From Deferribacterales bacterium (lineage in GTDB: Bacteria > Chrysiogenota > Deferribacteres > Deferribacterales > Geovibrionaceae): a stretch of DNA of 64,000 nucleotides. Positions within the stretch are counted from its first letter, which is position 1, and each line of letters starts with the position of its first letter. Position numbers and translations under genes: made by a program. Below, piece after piece: positions 48,500 through 58,680 of the stretch. Under the pieces are notes generated by a model. It was not told the DNA's origin. It did not search any database and saw nothing but the letters and a program-made list of their open reading frames with translations. The stretch covers positions 32,001 to 96,000 of the forward strand of contig JBFWMA010000008.1 of the NCBI GenBank assembly GCA_050251875.1, given 5' to 3'.

Positions 48500-48782
48500 T
48501 TTTATCACCATCCTTCTGATGGGACTCGCTACATACGCCACAAGATTTACGGGGTTTTATATTGCGGGGCGGATAAACATGACGCCCAGATTCCGCTACG
48601 CCCTCACCAGCATCCCCATAGCCATCCTGACATCTATCTCCGCGCCGATGGTGATAAACGGCACTATGGCGGAGAAAATATCAGCAGGAGCGGTCATTCT
48701 GGCGGCGGCGACAGGCAGAGGACTCCTCTTCTGCATGGCGGTCGGCATCATAGCCGTTAACCTGTTCAGATATCTGATCTAG
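48486..48782 (+). CDS. azlD: AzlD family protein
   Basis: Small hydrophobic protein (TYATR) overlapping azlC. Confidence 0.8.
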   Translation: MDRISFITILLMGLATYATRFTGFYIAGRINMTPRFRYALTSIPIAILTSISAPMVINGTMAEKISAGAVILAAATGRGLLFCMAVGIIAVNLFRYLI

Positions 48783-49600
48783 AAAGGAACGGATTCCAGC
48801 ATTGAGCCAAGTTTTCCAACGGCTTTCTTAACCTTCGGCTCAGCCATCAGCTCTCTCTTGTCTTTCAGAATCTCAGTAAGGTCTTTTCCCAGCGTCTGAC
48901 CGATGCCGGCTGAAATCTCTTTTATATTCTCCGGCAGAAGTTTCTGCGCCATCAGAATACGCATGGGCTCTGACAGCTCCTTCATCCTCGGAATCATCTT
49001 ATTGACAGCGTTCACGAAACCGTCAACGGCGGTGACGAACTTTCTGGATGTGTCGGCTTTTTCCACGGCGGCGGCGAAACGCTTAGCCAGAGAATCAAAA
49101 TCTGTCATGATCGTCTCTATCTCGCCGATAACGGATGTGTCAGCTTCGGCTGTCTCCAGATGCAGTTTCTCTGCCATGGAGTTCATGGCGGAGGCGAACG
49201 TGTGGGACACTTCGTTCAGCGCCTTGTCGTCCTCCATCTGCCCGCCGAAAAGCGGATTGGCGTTCAGCACGCCGTCCAGATTCATCTGAGCCGCTCTGAA
49301 ATCCTCATCGCCCATGTAGGGCGCCATCTTCGGATACATCTCGACCGAACGTATGCCGAAACACGCTCCGGCGGTCATGCTGGCGTGTTTTACCTCGTCA
49401 GAAGCCTGACCTGTCACCATCAGGGTGTTGAACTCATCGCAGATGGACTCCAGATCCGGATACTGTTTTTTGATACTGTCGGCGCAGGTGTTCATTGCGC
49501 TGATATATCCCGCCTTAGAATCGGCTTTTTTCAGATCGTCTATATATTTCTCAGCTATTTCCTGATGTTCTTTCATTACTTTGGTTGTCTTATCACTCAT
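48779..49600 (-). CDS. Hypothetical helical protein with internal duplication
   Basis: 273-aa ORF with two similar KAD(S/T)-containing halves. Confidence 0.7.
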   Translation of the reverse strand: MSDKTTKVMKEHQEIAEKYIDDLKKADSKAGYISAMNTCADSIKKQYPDLESICDEFNTLMVTGQASDEVKHASMTAGACFGIRSVEMYPKMAPYMGDEDFRAAQMNLDGVLNANPLFGGQMEDDKALNEVSHTFASAMNSMAEKLHLETAEADTSVIGEIETIMTDFDSLAKRFAAAVEKADTSRKFVTAVDGFVNAVNKMIPRMKELSEPMRILMAQKLLPENIKEISAGIGQTLGKDLTEILKDKRELMAEPKVKKAVGKLGSMLESVPF

Positions 49601-49656
49601 AACGCACCCCTGTTTGTAAAGACGGCTATGATAACCTTAAATATGCCCGAGGGCAA

Positions 49657-50496
49657 CTACTTACTGATAACGGAATCGGTGAGGATGAGGATGAAGAACA
49701 TCACGGCGGAAAGATTGATATAGTGAAAGCGCATTTTGTGATATCTGAACGACAGGAGCATGGACAGCCCGAAGAAGACCGTCATGGCTATGTGGAGCAT
49801 GGGAACTGTGCTGGTCTTATAAAATCCGGCGGCGGGGATATAGAGCAGAGCGCAGATGTACGCCATCGTCCATACGTTTACGAATATCCGGCTCTTCTGC
49901 TGTCCGTATATTCCGGAGATAGTCATGAAACCGGCTCTGGCGTACTCATCGGCGTATTTCTCCGCCAATATGGCGAAATGAGGCGTCTGCCACAGATAGA
50001 GCACCGCTGTCACCATAAGGATACTGATATCCGTCATATTTCCGCCCACGCATGTGTAGCCTATGGCGGGGGGCAGCGCTCCGATGACAGAACCTGCCAT
50101 CAGGGCGAAGGGAGTCTTCTTCTTAATGGGAGTATAGACGAAATTATATCCTATGATAGTGATAATATTCAGAAAAAACGCCTGAAGACTGCCCGCCAGA
50201 AAGATGAAGCACCAGCTGAGCCCGATCATTATTATCGAAAGGTTAAAAACCTCGCCGGGAAGCATCTGACCATCCGGAAGAGGTCTTTTCACCGTTCTTT
50301 CCATCACGGCGTCGCTGTCCCTCTCCTGAAGCTGGTTCAGGGCGGAACATCCGAACGACAGAAAGATAGCCGCCATCACACCGTAAAAATGTTTGGAATT
50401 GAAATGATGGGTATAAAGGCAGGCTCCCGCAAAAGACGAGAGCCCTACCATCAGTGAAATTCTTATTCGTATTAAATCAAAAAAGTGACCTATCAT
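49657..50496 (-). CDS. ctaB: Protoheme IX farnesyltransferase (heme o synthase)
   Basis: NQLQERDSDAVMERTVKRPLP, YTPIKK and WQTPHF motifs. Confidence 0.88.
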   Translation of the reverse strand: MIGHFFDLIRIRISLMVGLSSFAGACLYTHHFNSKHFYGVMAAIFLSFGCSALNQLQERDSDAVMERTVKRPLPDGQMLPGEVFNLSIIMIGLSWCFIFLAGSLQAFFLNIITIIGYNFVYTPIKKKTPFALMAGSVIGALPPAIGYTCVGGNMTDISILMVTAVLYLWQTPHFAILAEKYADEYARAGFMTISGIYGQQKSRIFVNVWTMAYICALLYIPAAGFYKTSTVPMLHIAMTVFFGLSMLLSFRYHKMRFHYINLSAVMFFILILTDSVISK

Positions 50497-51707
50497 TACT
50501 TTAATGTGCCGAAATACTCTATCAGCGCCTGTATGTCTTTATCGCTCAGAGAGTCATAGGGAGGCATGGACTCATCGTATCCGTCCACGATATATTCCCC
50601 GGGATTTCTGATTGAGCTTATAATATACTGGATATTTGCGGTAAGCTCAACTTTTTTTCCATTATGCAGAGCGGTGACCGGTCTGTCCAGCAGTCCCTTA
50701 AAGCTGGGTCCCACCACTATAGAGCCGTCTGTGGAGTGACAGCCTGTGCATCCCTCGTCATCGGCTATCTTGGCTCCTCTGGCGCCCGGTTTTTCCGCCG
50801 TGCCGCCGTCTTTCAGATATCCGATGATCTTGTCCAGATCGCTCTGAGACATCTCGTCCTTGAACGGAGGCATCATGTCGTCATAGCCCTTCACAATCTG
50901 GGTTGAAGGCTCATATATCGCCTCTTTCAGATAGGCTTCGTCCGCCTTTACGGTTTTTTCCGCTCCGTTTTCCAGAATCACTGTCTCACGGTTATAGATA
51001 TCCTTCAGAGAAGGACCAACCAGAACAGAGCCGTCCATGGAGTGACAGTCAGCGCATCCGTATTTCGCCAGAAGAGTTTTGCCCTCCGGCTCCGCCTGAG
51101 CGTTCTGGTCGCTGTTCATCCATTGATCGAACTCGTCCTTAGTCACCACCACAACCTTCGACAGCATATAGGAGTGACGCACGCCGCAGTATTCGGCGCA
51201 CTGAATATCATATTCGGCGGGTTCGCCGCTCATGAACCATGTATATGTCATCATGCCCGGAACGGTATCCATCTTTATCCTGAATGCCGGAACATAAAAG
51301 CTGTGGATCACATCGGTGGATGTCATGTCCAGCTTGACGGGTGTTTCAGCGGGGACATAGAGTTTGTCGCTGGTTTTTCCGTTGGGATATTCGAATTTCC
51401 ATGACCACATCCTCGCCGTCACCTTCACATTGTAGCTGTCGGCGGGAGCCTCACGCAGAGCCTTGAACCCTGTCCAGCCGTACCAGAACATAGCGCCCAC
51501 TATGATTATGGGAACCACTGTCCAGATGATCTCCGCGGTCAGGTTGCCGTCTATGTCGGCGGGAACGGGGTTTCTCCTGCTGCTGTAGCGGAACAGAAAA
51601 TATATCGTCACCGCCGTTATCAGAAACAATATCACGAACGACACGCCGAATATGAACTGAAAAGCCGTGTCTACCTTGCTTACGGCATCTATAACTGAGT
51701 TTTCCAT
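50496..51707 (-). CDS. coxB: Cytochrome c oxidase subunit II with two fused cytochrome c domains
   Basis: DVIHSF and CAEYCGVRHSYM CuA motif; CADCH and CTGCH. Confidence 0.93.
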   Translation of the reverse strand: MENSVIDAVSKVDTAFQFIFGVSFVILFLITAVTIYFLFRYSSRRNPVPADIDGNLTAEIIWTVVPIIIVGAMFWYGWTGFKALREAPADSYNVKVTARMWSWKFEYPNGKTSDKLYVPAETPVKLDMTSTDVIHSFYVPAFRIKMDTVPGMMTYTWFMSGEPAEYDIQCAEYCGVRHSYMLSKVVVVTKDEFDQWMNSDQNAQAEPEGKTLLAKYGCADCHSMDGSVLVGPSLKDIYNRETVILENGAEKTVKADEAYLKEAIYEPSTQIVKGYDDMMPPFKDEMSQSDLDKIIGYLKDGGTAEKPGARGAKIADDEGCTGCHSTDGSIVVGPSFKGLLDRPVTALHNGKKVELTANIQYIISSIRNPGEYIVDGYDESMPPYDSLSDKDIQALIEYFGTLK

Positions 51708-51708
51708 A

Positions 51709-52008
51709 TCAGCCTCCATGCCTGTACGCCACATCGAAGAATGTCATCCCGATGAATATGGCGAGTATCAGAAAACAGATGAACACTATCATTCTGAAAA
51801 ATTTGTTCTCATATTTCATGTGCATGAAATATGTGATAACCAGAAGCGATTTGGTGGTGGCGAGAGTCAGTGCCACAGCCACGTTCATAAATCCGAGATC
51901 GATTCTGGAAACAGCCACCGTCACAGCGGTGAGCATCAGCAGAAGACCCAGAACAGTCCCCGCCGTCTTTATGCTTAATATGTGATGTTCTTGATGATGT
52001 CCGCTCAT
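51709..52008 (-). CDS. Cytochrome c oxidase subunit IV
   Basis: Three TMs; KSLLVITYFMHMKYE. Confidence 0.88.
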   Translation of the reverse strand: MSGHHQEHHILSIKTAGTVLGLLLMLTAVTVAVSRIDLGFMNVAVALTLATTKSLLVITYFMHMKYENKFFRMIVFICFLILAIFIGMTFFDVAYRHGG

Positions 52009-52018
52009 ATCCGCCTCC

Positions 52019-52618
52019 TCACAAAACCAGATAGAACAGCGGGAAAAGGAATATCCAGATAAGGTCAACCAGGTGCCAGTATAGTCCCGCGTTCTCCAGC
52101 TTTACAAAGTCGTCTTTGTTTATGTTGTCTCTCTTCATCAGCCACACCATCACGCCCATGACTATGGCGCCGATGATGACGTGTATGCCGTGCAGACCCG
52201 TCATGACGAAATACAGACCGAAAAAGATCTGTTCGCCGTGGGGCATCTCCAGCAGATGTTCGGAGTTGGGATATATCCCGTGGTGGAACTTAGCGCTCCA
52301 CTCTATGGATTTATTGATAAGAAATCCGAACGCCATCAGTATTGTGAGCAGGGTATACCTGATGGCGAGCTTCTTCTCGCCCCTCTGGATATATGTGATT
52401 CCCAGCGCCACAAAAAAGCTGGATAACAGCAGAACAACAGTGTTCAGCGTGCCTATGAAAACATCGAGCTGTTTTCCGCCCGTGTGAAAATCCTGCGGAT
52501 ATTTATAAAGATATGTGCTGTAGAGGACGAACAGACCGCCGAACAGCAGCACTTCCGTGAACAGAAACAGCCACATCCCGAGCTTAGCGCCCGTATAGTC
52601 TTTGTGTATCTCACTCAT
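52019..52618 (-). CDS. coxC: Cytochrome c oxidase subunit III
   Basis: GMWLFLFTE, TGLHGIHV and YWHLVD motifs. Confidence 0.93.
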   Translation of the reverse strand: MSEIHKDYTGAKLGMWLFLFTEVLLFGGLFVLYSTYLYKYPQDFHTGGKQLDVFIGTLNTVVLLLSSFFVALGITYIQRGEKKLAIRYTLLTILMAFGFLINKSIEWSAKFHHGIYPNSEHLLEMPHGEQIFFGLYFVMTGLHGIHVIIGAIVMGVMVWLMKRDNINKDDFVKLENAGLYWHLVDLIWIFLFPLFYLVL

Positions 52619-54233
52619 CCGGCGTTACCCCCTTGAAATCATAGGGACGTCTGGACGTATCCGGCTCACGGTCAAAATTCAGCAGAGGCGGAGGAGACAT
52701 AGTCTGCCACTCAAGAGATGCGCCGCCCCACGGATTGCGCCCGATCTTCGGTCCTTTTGTATATCCTCTGTAGAGGTTCACGAACATTATGATAAGCCCC
52801 AGAGCAAGAATCCATGATCCGAAAGTGGACAGCATGTGACCTGTCTGATACTGAGGCAGATAGTCGTAATAGCGTCTGGGCATGCCCTGAAGCCCTATAA
52901 CGAACAGGGGCATGTAGAGCAGGTTAAACCCGACAAACAGCACGGCAAAGGCGATCTTAGCTATCTTTTTGTTATACATCCTGCCGTACATCTTCGGCAG
53001 CCAGTAGTGCATGGCGGCGAAAAGCCCGAAGCCTGTCCCGCCGAAAATCACATAGTGAAAGTGGCTGACAACGAAGTATGTGTCGTGGACGTGGATATCT
53101 GTACCCGCAGAGCCAAGAATCAGCCCCGTGAGACCTCCCACGGAGAACAGAAAGATGAACCCCAGCGAATAGAGCAGAGGCGGCTCAAGGGTTATGGAGC
53201 CTTTATACAGGGTTGCTGTCCAGTTAAACACCTTGATGGCGGACGGGATAGCAACCACGAATGTCAGAAGGGAGAAGATAAGAACGGCGGTGTCGCTCAT
53301 GCCCGATGTGAACATGTGGTGCGCCCAGACCAGAGAGCCTGCGAAGGCTATCATAAGGCTGGATACCGCTATGGTCTTGTAGCCGAATATATTCTTTCTG
53401 GCGAATACGGGGATGATGTCGCTCACAACTCCCATCGCCGGAAGTATCATAATATAAACAGCCGGATGGGAATATATCCAGAAAAGATGCTGATAGAGTA
53501 TGGGGTCGCCGCCCTTGTTAGGGTCAAAAAGCCCCACGCCCAGAACCCTCTCCACAAATATCAGAAGAACCGTAATCCCCAGAACAGGGGTCGCCAGAAC
53601 CTGTATCCATCCGGTGGCATACAGCGACCAGGCGAACAGCGGCATTTTTGTCCATGTGATGCCGGGCGCACGCAGGCGGTGTATGGTGGTGATGAAGTTG
53701 ATACCTGTGAGAATGGACGAAAAACCTAAGATGAAAACGGCTATGACAGCCACAGAGACGTTGGTGGTGGTGAACTCCGAAAATGGAACGTAAAAAGTCC
53801 ATCCCGTGTCCGGCGCCCCCTGTCCGGTGAACAGAGAGAACAGCGCCATGACCGTCCCTATGATATACAGCCACCACGACATAAGGTTAAGCCGTGGAAA
53901 CGAAACGTCCTCAGCACCCAGCTGTATCGGCAGAATCATATTGCCGAAAGCGGCGGGGATGCTCGGGATAACAACAATAAAAATCATTATAACGCCGTGC
54001 AGGGTGAAGACAGCGTTATAGGTCTGCGCCTCCATAATGGTCTTTCCGGGGGCGATCAGCTCCAGCCTGATGGCAAGCCCCAGACACACGCCGACAACGA
54101 ACATAGCCAGAAGCACATACATGTACATCAGCCCTATCCTCTTGTGGTCGGTAGTGAACAGCCAGCTCATGATCCCTGTGCGGGATGAGCCCGAGTCCTC
54201 ATAGAAGCTCTTTACAGCATTTGTGTTTTCCAT
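52611..54233 (-). CDS. coxA: Cytochrome c oxidase subunit I, A2 type
   Basis: DHKRIG, YSHPAVY, WAHHM, HDTYFVVSHFH and MPRRY motifs. Confidence 0.96.
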   Translation of the reverse strand: MENTNAVKSFYEDSGSSRTGIMSWLFTTDHKRIGLMYMYVLLAMFVVGVCLGLAIRLELIAPGKTIMEAQTYNAVFTLHGVIMIFIVVIPSIPAAFGNMILPIQLGAEDVSFPRLNLMSWWLYIIGTVMALFSLFTGQGAPDTGWTFYVPFSEFTTTNVSVAVIAVFILGFSSILTGINFITTIHRLRAPGITWTKMPLFAWSLYATGWIQVLATPVLGITVLLIFVERVLGVGLFDPNKGGDPILYQHLFWIYSHPAVYIMILPAMGVVSDIIPVFARKNIFGYKTIAVSSLMIAFAGSLVWAHHMFTSGMSDTAVLIFSLLTFVVAIPSAIKVFNWTATLYKGSITLEPPLLYSLGFIFLFSVGGLTGLILGSAGTDIHVHDTYFVVSHFHYVIFGGTGFGLFAAMHYWLPKMYGRMYNKKIAKIAFAVLFVGFNLLYMPLFVIGLQGMPRRYYDYLPQYQTGHMLSTFGSWILALGLIIMFVNLYRGYTKGPKIGRNPWGGASLEWQTMSPPPLLNFDREPDTSRRPYDFKGVTPDE

Positions 54234-54247
54234 ATTGACTCCAGAGT

Positions 54248-55138
54248 CTATTTCTTCTTCTTTTTGCCGCCGAAGAACAGAAAAGCGGCGAAAAGAATGA
54301 TAACGAACAATACGACAAAACCGGAAACCCTGACCGTGTTGAAGACATATTTCTTGCCCTGCGGGTCATAGCTGAAACAGTATGCCACCAGCTTTTTCAC
54401 GGACAGTCCGGGCGTGCCCTTCTCCGCCTCCACCACGGCCATCGTCATTTCGAAAGACAAAATGTCCGTGCCGTACAGATAGCGCACTATCTTTCCGTCA
54501 GGAGTAACGGACATGACAGCCACAGGATGGGCAAAGTCTTTGCCCCGTCTCATGAATCTGAAACCCAGAGCGTCCATGAGCCTGTCTATGTTCTCCTTGT
54601 CTCCGGTGAGAAAATACCATCCCTCCGGCGGAATCCTGCCGTCAGCCGCTTTCAGATAATTGGTCTTTTTGGCGGCGGCTATCTGCGGGGTATCATTTTC
54701 ATCAAAACTGACGGAGATCAGATTGAACTGTTTTCCCGCTGTCATCTTCATCTGGGGGACTATATCCGCCAGTCTGGACTGCAAAAAATTGCAGACATTG
54801 GGACAGCTGTAGTAAACAGGGGCGATCAGAGTCGGTTTTGTGATTATCTCTTTCAGAGTGACGGTCTTTCCATCGGAATCGGTGAAAGTAACATCCAGAG
54901 GAATATTCTCCCCCAGATGCTCGGTGACTCCGATATTCGCCTTCTCTTCCGCTGTGGCTTCTTTGTGCACATGCTCCATGGGGGCGTCATCATCCGCCAT
55001 GTCCTCATGATCCATATGTCCGTGATCCATGTGTTCATGGTTCACAGGCTCCTCGGCATATGCGGCGCTGACGCCGGATACACCTGTAAGAGCAAAAGCA
55101 ACCAGCAGGAAAAATACAAATTTTGAAAATAAAGTCAT
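54248..55138 (-). CDS. SCO family copper chaperone
   Basis: YYSCPNVC, FAHP, His/Met-rich N-terminus. Confidence 0.88.
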   Translation of the reverse strand: MTLFSKFVFFLLVAFALTGVSGVSAAYAEEPVNHEHMDHGHMDHEDMADDDAPMEHVHKEATAEEKANIGVTEHLGENIPLDVTFTDSDGKTVTLKEIITKPTLIAPVYYSCPNVCNFLQSRLADIVPQMKMTAGKQFNLISVSFDENDTPQIAAAKKTNYLKAADGRIPPEGWYFLTGDKENIDRLMDALGFRFMRRGKDFAHPVAVMSVTPDGKIVRYLYGTDILSFEMTMAVVEAEKGTPGLSVKKLVAYCFSYDPQGKKYVFNTVRVSGFVVLFVIILFAAFLFFGGKKKKK

Positions 55139-55142
55139 AGGC

Positions 55143-55442
55143 TTAAAGTTTTGAGATGTAGTCAGCCAGAGCCTTTATCTCGTCAGGGGAAAGTTTCCCC
55201 GCCTGAGACGCCATCATGGCTTTCTTCGCACCGCCGTATGTGCCGTCCTTATAGCCGTTTAGCTTTTTAACGATATCTGCGGCGGGCTGGTCTTTGATCA
55301 CAGGGCTGACACCCATAGCCTTCTTGGAGCCGTCAGCGCCGTGACATCCTTTGCACTTGGCATAGAGAGCCGCTCCGTCTGGACCTGCCATGGCGGCTGC
55401 GGAGACTGAGAGAATGGAGATGAGAAATAAAACCTTTTTCAT
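55143..55442 (-). CDS. Cytochrome c553-like monoheme cytochrome
   Basis: Signal peptide, CKGCHG, YGGAKKAMM. Confidence 0.92.
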   Translation of the reverse strand: MKKVLFLISILSVSAAAMAGPDGAALYAKCKGCHGADGSKKAMGVSPVIKDQPAADIVKKLNGYKDGTYGGAKKAMMASQAGKLSPDEIKALADYISKL

Positions 55443-55536
55443 ATAAAATACCTCTCTGCGCTATTGTATATAATATTTTATTCGGCATTTCTGCCGCCGT
55501 CAAATAAACATTTGATAAAATTTTTACCCGAAACGT

Positions 55537-56184
55537 TTAACGGAGACAGGCAAGAACACCGGATGTGATCTCCACGCTTCTATCGTCAATACCGTGGTCT
55601 TTCATAGACTCGGCAAGCCCCATAAAGGCGGAATCGTTGATGCTTTTGTTCAGAAAATTAATGGGAACCAGAACGGGTTCGTCCAGAAGTGTCAGGCGCA
55701 TGGATTCCCGGCAGGCTTTGTCATCCGCGCTGACAACAGAACGGCAGGCGAAAGGACGCACAGGGTGTATGGAACAATCCCCCATCCTGCCCAGAAAAAT
55801 ACATTTTTTGTTGGCGGCGACCCTCTCCTCCTCGTCATACGAGGAGATATCCAGAGAGAGTTTCTCCATGTTGGAAATCATCCGCCCCAGAACAGCCGGG
55901 TTGCTGCTGTTTCTCAGATATGAGGCGATGATAACCGCCTCCGGCATAAGAACCGGCACATGAACACGGCAGCAGTGAGAGCATCCGCTCCTGCACATTA
56001 TCATAGCCTTCTGCTCTGCCGGGATAGTCTGATCGATATGCTGCTGAGTGACAGCGAACAGTTTTTTCATCATACGGCACAGATTGCCGGAATCCGTTCC
56101 GTTTTCAAGATAGCCGTCCGCCAGTTTTTTGATCTGTTCCAGAAAAGAACTGTCTTTTACGCTAACCATAAAGAAGTATAACAC
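55537..56184 (-). CDS. YkgJ-family Cys-cluster protein
   Basis: CRSGCSHCC...CIFL...CSIHPVRPFACR. Confidence 0.85.
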   Translation of the reverse strand: MLYFFMVSVKDSSFLEQIKKLADGYLENGTDSGNLCRMMKKLFAVTQQHIDQTIPAEQKAMIMCRSGCSHCCRVHVPVLMPEAVIIASYLRNSSNPAVLGRMISNMEKLSLDISSYDEEERVAANKKCIFLGRMGDCSIHPVRPFACRSVVSADDKACRESMRLTLLDEPVLVPINFLNKSINDSAFMGLAESMKDHGIDDRSVEITSGVLACLR

Positions 56185-56259
56185 AATTTTATAACTATGC
56201 CATACCCTTTATAATATTAACAATTTTCTATTTTTATTAATTAACTTATTATTGATTTT

Positions 56260-57825
56260 TTAACCACTGAAATCTTCAATAGAAGCGCTGCACGGCAGAC
56301 ACTTCGGTATCATCACACGGAACGCTGTCCCCTCGCCCAGAACGGACGACACTTCCAGCCTGCCCTTGTGACCGTCTATGATCTTGGATATGATAGAGAG
56401 CCCGAGCCCTGTTCCGGAGAACTCTCTCTTCACGTTGGAGCATCTGTAGAACCTTCCGGTGATCTTGCCTATCTCGTCCTCGGGTATGCCCACTCCTCCG
56501 TCAGCCACCTCGATTATCCTGTAATCGTCAGTGTCTTTCATGGATATGGAGAGAAAACCGTTATGTTTGTTGAATTTTACGGCGTTGGAGACCAGATTGG
56601 ACACCACATGCCTGAATGACTCGCCGTCCAGACACATTATGGCGGTGGACGGGATATCTATATTAACGCTGAGGTTTTTGTCGTGAATATCCTTGTCGTA
56701 TTCCATTACGATCTCTCTGATGAGCAGACCGATCTCCACAGGGATAAAATGATAAGGGTACTGGTTGCTGTCCAGCCTGGACAGAGTGATGATTTCGTTA
56801 AAAAGAGTGTTCAGCAGCCTGGCGCTTCTGGCTATGGTTTCCAGAGACTTTTCACGGACGTCCTCGCCGCATTCACTGCCCTTGTTAACCAATATCTCGG
56901 AATAGGATATTATCTTTGTCAGGGGCGTTCTGACCTCGTGCGCGAGATTGTCCAGAATGTCGGATTTGAAGGTGTTTATGGTCTTCAGCTCCCTGTTGCT
57001 CGCCTTCAGTTTCTCCATCACCGATTTATACTGCGATGTCACCTTCGCCAGCTGTTCTTTCAGGTTGTCCTCATTCTCCAGAATACTCTGGCGCATCATC
57101 TCGAACGCTTCCGACAGCTCCTGAATCTCGTCCCCCGTCCTGATCTCCAGTTTTCCGGAAAAATCTCCGTGTTTATATGAGGCGGCGGCACGGGTGAGCG
57201 TGGATATATTTTTCAGAACCATCATCCTCAGAAGCAGGGTAACGGTGAAAACTATGCCCAGAAAGGCGGCAAAACCGATTATCTCATAGTTTGTGTTGTT
57301 CTCGGCGATCGCCTTCTCTATCTCCGCCAGCGGGATGGTGACGGATATTCCGCCACGCAGATCGCCTATCTTATACCCCTGATAGTCGTGACATTCCATA
57401 CAGGCGCTGTTCACATAAAGAGGAGCCATGTATCTGAAATATTTCTTATTGTCTATGGTTTCGATCTCTTCCGCTTCGTTTCTGCCTTCTCTGAACATGG
57501 CAAGAGCCTTCAGCTCGAAAGTGTCCGGAGCGTTTTCCGGGTTTATCAGCTGTTCGCTGGTGATGTGAAAGCGGAAATCGGACATCTTTCCGGCATAAAG
57601 AGAGAGCTCTTTGGTGACAACGGCAGGCACAGGGACAACCTCGTCTCTGTTCTCCGCCACCCACTGTCTGGTGATTACTATCATGTCGAAGAGCGTTTTC
57701 GCCTGTATGTGTGCCTGCTGGAGAAGGATTCTGTTCTGGCTGTTCCAGAAGAAGCCCGTCATCAGCACGACTATGCAGACAGTCACAAGAATGATTCCGA
57801 TAAGCAGCTTTACAGTAAGTTTCAT
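56260..57825 (-). CDS. Sensor histidine kinase with periplasmic c-type heme (DUF3365/Tll0287-like) domain
   Basis: INPENAPDTFE, FRYMAPL, CMECH, GDLRGGISV; HAMP; HEVRTPL. Confidence 0.88.
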   Translation of the reverse strand: MKLTVKLLIGIILVTVCIVVLMTGFFWNSQNRILLQQAHIQAKTLFDMIVITRQWVAENRDEVVPVPAVVTKELSLYAGKMSDFRFHITSEQLINPENAPDTFELKALAMFREGRNEAEEIETIDNKKYFRYMAPLYVNSACMECHDYQGYKIGDLRGGISVTIPLAEIEKAIAENNTNYEIIGFAAFLGIVFTVTLLLRMMVLKNISTLTRAAASYKHGDFSGKLEIRTGDEIQELSEAFEMMRQSILENEDNLKEQLAKVTSQYKSVMEKLKASNRELKTINTFKSDILDNLAHEVRTPLTKIISYSEILVNKGSECGEDVREKSLETIARSARLLNTLFNEIITLSRLDSNQYPYHFIPVEIGLLIREIVMEYDKDIHDKNLSVNIDIPSTAIMCLDGESFRHVVSNLVSNAVKFNKHNGFLSISMKDTDDYRIIEVADGGVGIPEDEIGKITGRFYRCSNVKREFSGTGLGLSIISKIIDGHKGRLEVSSVLGEGTAFRVMIPKCLPCSASIEDFSG

Positions 57826-58523
57826 TTTTTGATCTTATAGCCGACACCTGACATAGTTTTAATTATGTCGGGATTTTTTGGATTGATCTCTATTTTTTGT
57901 CTGAGGTTCTTGATATGCACGTCCAGGCTTCTGGACCATGAATATATCGAGTTTTTACCCCAGATATCGTTCACTATGGTGTCACGGGACAGAACCTGCC
58001 CGGCTTTGTCTATAAAATACATCAGAATATCGTATTCCTTAGGCGTCAGGTTCACCTTTTCGCCGGCGCTGAATACCTGACGGCTCGCTTTGTCTATCTC
58101 CAGATGGTGAAAGAGGAGCGTGTCTTCCGTCCCCTTGCTCTCCTCGTGGGATGAGGATTTTTCCACACGCCGGAGGATCGCCTTCACCCTGGCAACCAGC
58201 TCGATGTTTTCAAACGGCTTGGTGATATAATCATCCGCGCCGTACTCCAGACAGACTACCTTGTCCGACACATTGTCCCTGGCGGACAGAATGAGAATGG
58301 GAATATCCATCTCAGCCCTTATCAGCCGGCATATCTGCTGACCGTCTATATCCGGGAGATTGAGGTCAAGGATAATAAGATCCGGCTTATCCTCCTTAAC
58401 CATCTCGAGGCACTTCATTCCGGTGGACGCTGACCTGACATCGTACTTTTCCAGATTGAGCAGGAGTTCCAGAATATTCAGGATGTCCTGATCATCGTCT
58501 ACTATCAATATCTTCGTACACAT
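57822..58523 (-). CDS. OmpR/PhoB family response regulator
   Basis: REC, GADDYITKPF, LTPKEY, DVHIKNLRQKIE, GVGYK. Confidence 0.93.
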   Translation of the reverse strand: MCTKILIVDDDQDILNILELLLNLEKYDVRSASTGMKCLEMVKEDKPDLIILDLNLPDIDGQQICRLIRAEMDIPILILSARDNVSDKVVCLEYGADDYITKPFENIELVARVKAILRRVEKSSSHEESKGTEDTLLFHHLEIDKASRQVFSAGEKVNLTPKEYDILMYFIDKAGQVLSRDTIVNDIWGKNSIYSWSRSLDVHIKNLRQKIEINPKNPDIIKTMSGVGYKIKK

Positions 58524-58680
58524 AGCTTCACCAAACCTTGTATCGCTTAATATCTTTAATAATATCATGTAAAAAAAATAAAGCGATTTTTTTTGTCCGG
58601 CAAAGCCAACGATTATAAATTCGCCTAATTATCTAAACAGCCTGAAAAGACTGATATATCAGCAATATATCTTCCGGCTG

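Noticed and set aside
55500..55530. Possible Rex/Fnr box upstream of the c553-cox operon
   Set aside because: Only a half-site match (TTTGATAAAATTTTTAC) in AT-rich sequence.
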